Shown: positions 1 through 9,390 of the stretch, piece by piece
How the letters are laid out: the number at the start of each line of letters is the position of its first letter
How positions within the stretch are numbered: the first letter of the stretch is position 1
Origin: Squalus acanthias
Lineage: Eukaryota
NCBI GenBank assembly: GCA_030390025.1
Contig: CM059432.1
Span: 62,870,001-62,934,000 of the forward strand
Direction of reading: 5' to 3'
DNA: 64,000 nucleotides
Program-made: the position numbers and the translations under genes
The notes under the pieces: model-generated
What the model saw: only the letters and a program-made list of their open reading frames with translations
Told to the model about the DNA's origin: nothing
The model's database searches: none

Positions 1-2
1 CC

Positions 3-446
3 AGAGCGTGGTTTGATCCCAGTAACCCCGCCACAACGGAGGAGTCTGTCCTGAATCGACTCACCATAGGGTATCGGAACACTAGGAGCACGGGAGCGTG
101 TCCCCTTAAGGGAAAGGTGCATGAGGCAAAGCCCGCAGCTCCGGCTCAGAAAAAGTGGCATCAGGAGGGAAATCGCGCCCCACAAACCAGTGGTGTTTGT
201 TACGGGTGCGGGAAGACAGGTCACTGGCATAAAAACTGCAGGAATCCCTGGAAGGACTCCAGGGACAAAGCTCCCGCAGTCCGAACCCAAGCGCCTGTCT
301 CTGAGAAAGGAGCTGGTGTGCCTATCCATCCCGATGCGATAGAATCAATGTTAGGAGCCATGCGGTCTCTTATGATTTCGCACGGGAAAGTGGCAGTCGT
401 TACCGGCCCCACAGATGCCACAACCCCGTCCACCGGTACCCAATGA
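3..446 (+). CDS. gag: Gag C-terminus (partial) with nucleocapsid zinc knuckle
   Basis: Frame open from base 3 to TGA 444-446; CYGCGKTGHWHKNC is a CX2CX4HX4C knuckle. Confidence 0.9.
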   Translation, partial: RAWFDPSNPATTEESVLNRLTIGYRNTRSTGACPLKGKVHEAKPAAPAQKKWHQEGNRAPQTSGVCYGCGKTGHWHKNCRNPWKDSRDKAPAVRTQAPVSEKGAGVPIHPDAIESMLGAMRSLMISHGKVAVVTGPTDATTPSTGTQ

Positions 447-3400
447 CTAAAGCCCGCGCAGCCCGTTTACCTGTGTCCGCTCAGCTATGATGCGTGGAAA
501 AGACCCCTGGTAGAGATGGAGGTAGAGAAGCAGAAGGGTAGTTACTTGTTGGACATGGGAGCTTCATGCACCGTGATTCATACAGATAGCCCCTTTGATT
601 CACCACTGTCTACCAAGGTCCCATTCACATTAGCGGGGTTCACGGGAAAAGAGCAGGCTGGCGCGTTCTCCATTCCGCTCTCCATTCATTTAGGAGCACT
701 CCACACTACATGGAAGTGCATACTGATGAAATGGCAAGAGGGGGGTGGCAGAGGTATCCTCGGATCGGATCTCCTAGCGGAACACGGGATCCTCGTGGAC
801 CTTAGGAATCACTGTCTCTGGGGAGCCAAGGGTGGGAAAGACAAGGTAGTTGTAATCCCAGGGAAGGAAGGAAAAGGGGCCCTGTGTACCATGAAGCCAT
901 CCGGAGGTTACGACCTCGGGCTTATGGTCGCGGATGTCCCAACGGACATGCAAACGTACGTGTCAGATAATATGCACGCGTTTGCAACCCACAAGCACGA
1001 TTGTGGGAGGGTTACCGGGTTTGAGGTCAGCGTAGACGGGGACCCCATGACCCGGCCCCAAAAGCAGTATAACTTCCCCAAAGAAGCAGAACCCGACATG
1101 GAGACAGCAATGTCCTCATTGGTGCAGCAGGGCGTGTTGAGACCGATAGCCACACACGTGAACTCCCCATTATGGCCGGTAAGGAAGCCGGATAATTCGT
1201 GGAGGGCCACGGTGGACTACAGAGTCCTTAACAGTAACATCCCCGCCTGCGCGCCCACAGTAGCAGCAGTTGCTGACCTAATAGGGAGTATCCCAGCGTC
1301 CGCGACCACGTTCACGGTGCTGGATATCTCGAACGGTTTTTGGTCCATCCCGCTGCGGCGAGAGGACCAGTACAAGTTTGCCTTTACTTTTAAAGGACAA
1401 CAGTACACGTGGAACTGTCTGCCACAGGGTTTCCACAACAGCCCCAGTATTTTCCATCAGTGTATGGCAGGAAGTTTAAAGGAGTTTAGTCAGCCCAATC
1501 AGATAGTGCAGTACGTGGATGATTTGCTCCTGTTCACAGACTCAAGGGAGGAGCATGGACCACTGTTAGCCGCGTTATTGGAGCTGCTAGCGAGAAAGGG
1601 TTTTAAAGTTAACCCTAAGAAAGCACGGATCGGTCAGCAGGAATTAAAATTCCTGGGCCTGACCATTCGCGCTGGGGAAAGAGCCATAGATAAGGCTAGG
1701 AGGGAGTCGGTGCAGGAGTTACCGATTCCCAACACCATAACGGGTGTGAGGTCCTTTCTGGGACTGACCGGTTACTGTAGAGACTTCATCGAGGACTATG
1801 CGGCCACAGCAGCTCCGCTGCTCCGACTCCTCCATAAGGGAGTGGAGTGGTCTTGGGACGAGGGTTGTCAGGCAGCATTCGAGAAGTTAAAAAGGGATCT
1901 GCAGACCGCGCCAGCTTTAGGGGCCATAGATGGGGGGGAGGAGTTTTTCCTGGAGGTAGCTGCCAGCGGAGACAGCTTGAGCGCTGTGCTGCTCCAAGAG
2001 CGTCACGGCAAGCTGAGGCCGGTTGTCTATTCGTCCAGGGTGTTAACGGATGTGGAGAGGAGTTTTTCCAACTGCGAAAGGCATCTTTTAGCCACGCATT
2101 GGGCTGTGAAAAGATCAGCGATCTTCACAGGGCTCTCTCCCATCACTCTCCTCACCCATCACACGCCAACCAAGATGCTTCTGGATGGGAGGATTAAGGA
2201 TGGGACCGTAAGCAGCGCTCGTATTGCGCGCTGGACCCTTCTCCTTTCCCAGATGGATCTTAGAGTTAAAGGTCTTTGTGAGCTCAGGCTCGCGGCCAAC
2301 CTGGTATACCCCGGAACAGCCCACCAGTGTTCGGTGGAAGGGGTGTGGGAGGTCAACATAGGTTTGCGGGCCGGGATACATCCCACCGGTCGCGAGATTT
2401 ATGTTGATGGTTCCAGCACAGTGTCCGCTGGCGAACGACTCACAGGGTGTGGAGTTTATGACCCTGCGGCAAACCTTGCCTTGGCAATTAAACTCCCCAG
2501 CACGATGAGCGCGCAGCAGGCTGAGCTGTCTGCGGTGGCGTATGTAGTTACCCACCCAGAGATCTTCCCAACCCCATACATGATTTGTTCGGACAGTATG
2601 TTTACGTGCAATTCGTGTACGGAATACCTGGCCATTTGGTCCCGCCTTTAACGGTGAAGCCCTTGCTGGAAAAGATCCTAGCAGCAGTGGGGGAGGAAGG
2701 GGAGATTTTCATCCACAAGGTGAAGGCTCACTCCTCCACAGAACCCCGCGGGGAGGGCAACCAGCAGGCGGATGCGCTAGCCAGGGAGGGTGCCCGTAAC
2801 GGCATTTTCTGGGACCCCTATGGACCCGGACCCGTGGCAGCGATCCAAGGCAGGGAAGGGAATCCCGGGAACACCAGGGTAGCACTGCCCCTAGACCTTA
2901 AGACCGTCCAGAACCAGGATCCCGCCCTAAAAGCAGTTGTCAGAACGATTACTGAGGGCAAGCAGGTAGAGGGCCCGTACAGTACGGCAACCCTCTCCGT
3001 TAAAGAAGGCATGCTGTTCCGCGAGGAACAGTGGGTTGTGCCGCAGCAGCACAGGAGGGAATTTCTCCAGTTGGCTCATGAGGGGCCGGGGGCAAGACAC
3101 CCCGGGCCCGAGGTTACCTGGCAACAGGTAGAGCAGGCGGGATGGTGGCTGGGACTCAGGGAGCAGGTCCGCGAGTTCTGTGCAAGCTGTCTTGTGTGCG
3201 CTGCAAACAACCCAGACCCCCAGAAAAGGAAAGTGCACATGGGGCACATCAGGAGGGTGGAGGGACCATGGCAGTCGATACAGATCGATTACATAGGGCC
3301 CCTGCCCACCACCCAGGGAGGCTACAAATACTGCCTCGTCTTGGTGGATGTGTTTTCCAAGTGGGTAGAAGCCTTCCCCTGTAGAACAGCTACGGCGCTG

Positions 3401-4735
3401 GGTACTGCCAAGATCTTGGTCCGGGAAGTGTTCTCGTGGTGGGGACTCCCCCGTTTCGTGGAGTCAGACCAAGGGAGTCATTTCACCGGCCAGGTGATGC
3501 AGAACACCCTCATGCTTTTGGGCATTGAAGGGAAGTGGCACGTAGCGCACAATTCCCAGTCATCAGGGATTGTTGAACGCATGAACCGGACCCTCAAGGA
3601 GAAACTGAGGAAAGAGACTATGAACTCGCCCCAAAAATGGGCGGAGGTTCTGCCTCTAGTCCTCATGGGAATCCGGGCCAGCCAGTTGAAGAGTACGGGG
3701 TATTCCCCGTACGAGGTGATGACTGGGAGGATCATGCGAACCCCCACCCATGTACTAGCCCCGGTGCTCACTGAGGGTCAGCTCCAAGAGGTGAAACGGG
3801 ACAAGTTTGTCCAGACCCTCTTGGAACGCCTGAAGCAGGTTTACGAGCAGGCGGCTGGGAACATGGGAAGACAGCACCGGGGCAATCGCCTGTTGCTGGA
3901 ACCCCGTAAGAAGCAGGAGTGGGAAGTCGGAGATCAGGTCATGGTTAGGAACTATGCCAGAGTAGGGAGTTTGGAGCCGCTGTACATGGGACCCTACAGT
4001 ATTGTAGATAAGGCGAGTCCCATGGTGTACGCCGTAAAGGTACCCCGGCGCACGAAATGGTGCCACATTAACCAGTGCAAGCTGTATAAACCAGGTGCAC
4101 AGGGGCCAATCACAGGGGCCAAACCTGCGAGTGGGGACTCTCAGCCCCGGGTAGAACCGCAGGGCACACAGGCCGGTAAAGCAGCCTGCATGAGGGGAGA
4201 GGACATTCTGGAAAAGTGTAGGTTCTTTTCTTTTTCTTGGGATTCAGATGAGGAAGAGCTCGGAGAGCTCAACCAAGGTAGTGACCCGGTCGGAGAGGTG
4301 GTGGGGTCGGAAGACGGAGGTTCCGCCCTCGACCCAAGCATAGGGGAGATAGGGATTGCGAGTGGAGTTCCACTTACTGGAGAGACAAGTAGGGTGGAGT
4401 TGGAAACCGCAGATCCCGAGCCCAGGGGGGCGGAGCCAGGGGAGACAGAGCCGGCGGCTGTGGTGGGACCACAGGCCGTGACGGTGGAAGTCCCGGTCCC
4501 CGGTCCGTCGGTCCTGGAGATCTTGCCCAAGGTAGCCCTCCGTAGGTCGAGTCGGACACCCCAGCCCAGGAAGTTGTGGTCAAATCCCTCGTACACCCCC
4601 AGGCGTAAGTTCAAGGCAGCCCAGGGAGATCCCAGTCCCAGCTCAGCAGCGACAGGCTGCGGCAGATCAAAGGAAGGGGTCAGTGCCCCCCCCCCGCCAC
4701 TGGGAAAAGCTCGTGGCAGCCTTCGCAGAATTTAG
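447..4735 (+). pseudogene. pol: Pro-Pol (protease, RT, tether, RNase H, integrase, long C-terminal tail), broken by a frameshifting deletion near 2645
   Basis: Protease LLDMGAS and GILGSDLL; RT LPQGFHNSP and QYVDDLL; tether FFLEVAAS..VVYSSR; RNase H IYVDGSS/AQQAEL/CSDS then, in the next frame, KVKAH..GNQQADALA; integrase HHCC, IQIDYIGP, ESDQGSHF, GIVERMNRTLK, GPY. Confidence 0.93.
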
Positions 4736-5008
4736 GTAGGCCGCCCTGGGAACGGGCGGCGCTGTACAGTTAAGTTTAGGATAAGTTTAAGTTTATAGTT
4801 TTTTTAATATCCAGTTAAGTTTGTAGTTTAATTTTAAAAGTAAATGGTAAAATGATGGGAGTTAGTGATAGGAATAGTTAAGGTCTATCCAGCATACATG
4901 TCGTTATACGTGAGACGAGGTCAAGGGACCCGCTCACCCTTCACAAAAAGCCAGAGACTCTTGGGAGGCTGGCTACATCATTTTATCTGATCACAGGAAC
5001 CAGGAGAT

Positions 5009-7361
5009 ATGGAAAGGATTCTGATAGTGCTCGCAACGATCGGATATGGATTGGCCTATCGGGGCCTCACCAAGGATGTCGTTGTGTTTGGTTGCTCCGG
5101 GGACACGGCCCCCATCACGACGGATGGGACCGGGGAGCGAGAGGCTGAGGAAACCGCCACTTATTTCCACAAGGGAAGGTGGCCGGGATGGCTGGGAATG
5201 AATTCAACGGAATACTCCAGCGCATCCGGATTTGCCTACAAAGAGACTTCTTTACTGTGTCCCAGGGTGAGGATCATTGCACCCAGAGTCAGCGTCACCG
5301 TCGGCAAAAGGATTTGTTTGACATGCAATGGGAAGGTCCCATTGAGCCGATGGTGGTGGTTACGGAAGTTAAGCAAGACTATGAGAAATTCCTCGGTCGA
5401 GTGGGAGCGATTGGGTAACAATACCCATCGGACAATTACGGGGACTAACGGACAATTGAAAGTCTGTTGGGACAAATGGTGGGAACCGGATGAGGGAATA
5501 TATGTTTGTATGTGGGGATCGAAGTACGTTTGCCCCAAGGGTATATCCATATTTTTCCTATGACAGTGGCAGGATGACTGGAAAGGGATGAGGTGGGATG
5601 TCAGCACCAGGGGGTGCGGAGCTCCATTCTCCCCGATCCCGGTAAACGCCACTGAACTCATCACGCGCCCACGCAAGTCTCCGCCCACGATTCCGGTGGT
5701 TTTGGCTCAGGAGGAAGGGTGCCCTAAAACCACTAAGGGGCCCGGGAATGGTCTGGTACTGGTGCCAACAGATCAGATACCTATATCAAGGGGTACATTA
5801 CGCGGTGGCCTCGGTGATTTTAAATCTCACCGAGGTGCATTTACCAGAGTGGTGTCCCAAAGAAACGGAACAATTGTACCAGGTGCTGTTAACTAACATG
5901 TTCAGGCAATTTTATGAGTTTGATTTTGCAGAGGTTGACAAAACAAGCTTATACACCACACCACACGAAGTTTTGGGTCAGGTGGGGAGACAAAGAAGGG
6001 GTGTTGTGAACGATGTGTTCACTGCTTTTAATACGGGAACATCTGTGGTCAACGCTCTAGACAATGTGGAGCTGCAGACCCAGATCAACGGTTTAAAAAC
6101 ACAGTTAAAAAGCATCCTCACAAACGAGAACAAGGTAGTAGGGTCTGAGTTACATGAGGACCAGGCCATGACACTACACTTAAAAGAGATTATAGCAGAG
6201 CTGGAGAAGCATGCGAGAACGGTAAATGCCATGATCAGGGAAGATCGAAATGCATCCGATCAAGCTGCGCAGAACGAGGTGTGCGTACTATACGGGGCGT
6301 GGTTACTGGGCGAGGGCCGCAGTAATTTGGAAGATTTAAAACAAGGTTTGGTCCCGTCCTGGATAAGTAACAAACACCTGCAGGCGCTCCACCCTTTTCA
6401 GAACGCATTAAGCCCGTGCCAGCTCAGGCTAGCCTCAGAGGCATACCCAGTCCCAGTGGACTGCGGACGGTCAATTCATACTATCATGGGGATAGTAGTA
6501 CGGATGCCGGTGTTGGGCGACACAGCAAAGCCCGCCCCGGTGTACCGGGTGGAGAACATTGGTGTCATTCAGGGGGGAGCCCACATTCGCTACGCTGCGG
6601 TCCCACCTTACGTCATCCGCTGGGAGCAAACGATGACAGGTACCGACCTTTCGGGTTGTCGTGGCCGGGGAGCACACATCATACTGTGTCCCCAGCACTT
6701 GAATGCCTTTTTAACACCACAATGCGGGTTCAGAACGGCTGGCGCGAAGCCCATGAATTGCACCATGGAAGCAATGACACAAGATCATGTGCCTCCACAG
6801 GTGGCATACATAGGGGGTGGAACGTATTGCATTACCACTGCAGCGCAACACTACCAGCATGGACAGCACAGCCGGTGTCCGGTGAGTGACAGCAGTTTCT
6901 GTTTTAAACCCAGGGCTGAAGTTCAAGTGGCACAACAGCGAATTGTCCCGATCCCTGAACCATCCACTGTTCACCTCACTGTAAAAGAGAATTTCACAGA
7001 CTTGCAGCGATTTGTCGCGCATTTCGGATACATCATTCCCCCTCTCCCTGAACACCTCACCAAGATTTTAAAAGCCGTCATGGTATCACAGAAACATTTT
7101 TACACCCTGGAACAAAAGACTGTAGAGATAGGGACAGAGATATTGGACATAGTAATCCCACCGTGGTGGGATCTGTTCACTAATATTGAAGTCCCGTCAT
7201 GGATCAGGATAGCCTCCCACATTTTGGTAGTGTGTCAAGTTGTAATTGTAGTGTACCTATTGGTCGTACACTGCAAAAGAGGCAAACGCCTCACCAGGCA
7301 GGAGAACACAGGGGAGTGGAGAGAACGTTACGTGTGCGTGAACGAGGAAAGTACCGCGTAA
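5009..7361 (+). pseudogene. env: Env: signal peptide, Ig-like domain and F-type class I fusion protein (about 783 aa if TGA 5561-5563 and a +1 base near 5780 are repaired)
   Basis: Hydrophobic N-terminus MERILIVLATIGYGLA; ORFs 5009-5563 and 5588-5896 share one frame; furin site RQRR at 5988-5999 then GVVNDVFTAFNTGTSVVNAL, heptad repeat, Cys-rich region, TM IASHILVVCQVVIVVYLLVVHC (about 7210-7274) and basic tail. Confidence 0.85.
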
Positions 7362-7499
7362 ACGGCCAGGATGACGCCGCTCCATTTTACCATGTGTGTT
7401 TTTGTAATTGTTGTTAGTTATGAGTATGTGTAACTAAGTTTGGAACTTTTGTATTTTTAAAAACAGTTGGTTTGATTATTTTTCCTTTTATAATAAAAC

Positions 7500-7793
7500 A
7501 TGCATATACAGGTGGTGCGAGAGGCATCGGCCTTTTGCACCTGGAAGGCGTATACGCAGTGTAAGTTTAAAGGCAATGCTGCCTACGATTTGTCCAAGCT
7601 AGACAACGTCATTTCTCTGGGAAATGAGGACTGCATGGAGGCCATAGGTAGTTTAATTACCGGGAGTGTTTGGATGTGGAGAATCGGGATAATTTTGCTC
7701 ACCAGCATTTTAATTGATACGATAAGCGGAGTTATTCGCATCAACAGGAGGGACTGTAAAATTTCGCAATTATCGCGATTCAAAATAACATAA
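7500..7793 (+). CDS. Candidate small accessory ORF between env and the LTR (97 aa, one hydrophobic segment)
   Basis: ATG 7500, possible acceptor AG 7510-7511 after a T-rich tract; hydrophobic WMWRIGIILLTSILIDTISGVI; runs through the PPT into U3. No recognised homology. Confidence 0.3.
   Translation: MHIQVVREASAFCTWKAYTQCKFKGNAAYDLSKLDNVISLGNEDCMEAIGSLITGSVWMWRIGIILLTSILIDTISGVIRINRRDCKISQLSRFKIT
7743..7754 (+). promoter_or_regulatory. Polypurine tract (plus-strand primer)
   Basis: AACAGGAGGGAC directly precedes the LTR start TGTAA. Confidence 0.7.
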
Positions 7794-9390
7794 GAGAAGC
7801 AGATTCGTTTGATCAGTTTTATTAAACGAAATGCTGTCCTGATAATAAAGGACACAGAAGCCTGTAAAATGGCCGCCGCGCATCGTGGCAGAAGCTTCCA
7901 GAAACACAGTGGGCAGACAAGATGGCGTCGAATATACATTCAGTATAAGATTGGATCATACTCGGTAAACACTGATAAAGACAGGATGCAACCTGTTTGC
8001 ATTTGGAACAATAGCAAAGATATAAGTGCTGGAATCGTTTTCCTATGCACAGTAAGGATCATTGTACTGGGCAATCGAAGGCCCATCCAGACACATCAAT
8101 ACACAAATACCCCCCCGGCTCTACAATGAGAGAGACATTGGCGGGTGATTAAGTCGGTATTCGGGGGGCCCCAAAACCAGTCGAGGAGACGATTCATACA
8201 CATCCTGGCTGGTCCAACAATGGGGAAAACATTAACGGATAGTTGGCCAGTTTCAGGTGCTACCAAAACCCGTTAAAGAAGATAATCGTCCCATGCTGGG
8301 AGTTTTGAGCGCCAAATATTACACAAAGGACAAACATTAAGATTTGAGCGGGAGATAAGCGGACACATCACTATAACTATAGAGAACAAATGTCCATCGC
8401 GCTCTTATTCTCTTATTCGCTTGCCTCTGGATGAACTCGCTTGACTTGCGGGCTCTTGATTTTCTCTCTGGACTTTGTTGACTCTTGACTCTTAGCCGTA
8501 CTGGTCGGTTATTCGAGTGTTGGGTGGAGCTCAATCGGTACGAGCCGCCCCGACAAGGGCAAGTAACAGGGTACACCATCCCAAGTGTCGGTAAACGGTG
8601 TCTGGACCCTGGAGGCCCGAGGAGACGAGACGAGAAGAAGACGAGAAGAAGACGAGAAGAAATTCCATGTGCCGCCACGGTCAGTAAACCCCGACCGCGC
8701 CCGAAAATATAAATACAGGACTCTTCTTTGAGTTCTACCGACTACAACCTGTGTCGAACACAGGAAGACTCTTCTTTGAATTTTATCCGAGTTCCGTCGA
8801 GTTCTTCATGACAACAGGGAGTCTGGCCAGCTTTTCGCAGCAGCGAAAGTAAACAAGTGGGGTGCAGAGACCCTTCCAAACACGTGACAGTCAGGCGCTG
8901 CAGCGAAACGAGCTGAGTGCCTCACTTTAAAATCTCCGAAGTAACACGAGTGGTGAGCATGTTTTCCGATCCTACAAATCTAGACGTAGTGTAGGTAGTG
9001 TTAAGGGAGGGTGGTTTTTAATAAGGTTAAGGTATAATGTGTTCCCCTTTCTACGATGTGCCGTATGTTCTCCATTTCCATAGACCAAGCTTTATGAATG
9101 TATGTATACTTGTACTCTCTTTGATTTGCGCCTATGACATGTATTTCATGATTTTAGACGCCATACAATAAAGATTTCCATTTCGTACTATTCAACCGGG
9201 TCTATTTGAGTTTTTCTCTGCATTACTGCTCCCTGCATCTAAGTCCAGTGTTAGAACCGTAAGGGCGAGTGGGTCGAACCACTCACAGGTGCTTATTGCA
9301 AAAAGGCTGGCCGGAGACCAGAGCAAGCAATAGTATAGGCAACGAAGGCCTAACCTCGCACCAGCACCGTCTGAGACACGCCCCCTTACA
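7755..9390 (+). repeat. 3' LTR of the ERV (1636 bp)
   Basis: TGTAA...TTACA terminal inverted ends; TATA-like sites at 8372 and 8708; AATAAA 9167-9172; CR1 resumes at 9391. The 5' LTR is not visible for confirmation. Confidence 0.8.

Larger units (their letters stand above)
1..9390 (+). mobile_element. Endogenous retrovirus, lokiretrovirus-like; 5' LTR and most of gag lie upstream of the window
   Basis: Order gag(CCHC)-pro-RT(YVDD)-degenerate RNase H tether-RNase H-integrase-env-PPT-LTR(TGTAA...TTACA); ends abruptly into CR1 endonuclease sequence at 9391. Confidence 0.93.

Noticed and set aside
2585..2660. Programmed frameshift between the two pol ORFs
   Set aside because: No slippery heptamer; the break lies inside RNase H with residues missing, which fits a deletion.
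1..4735. Plain Ty3/gypsy retrotransposon or errantivirus
   Set aside because: Tether plus second RNase H, together with an F-type env in a vertebrate context, fits lokiretroviruses better; only phylogeny can exclude it formally.
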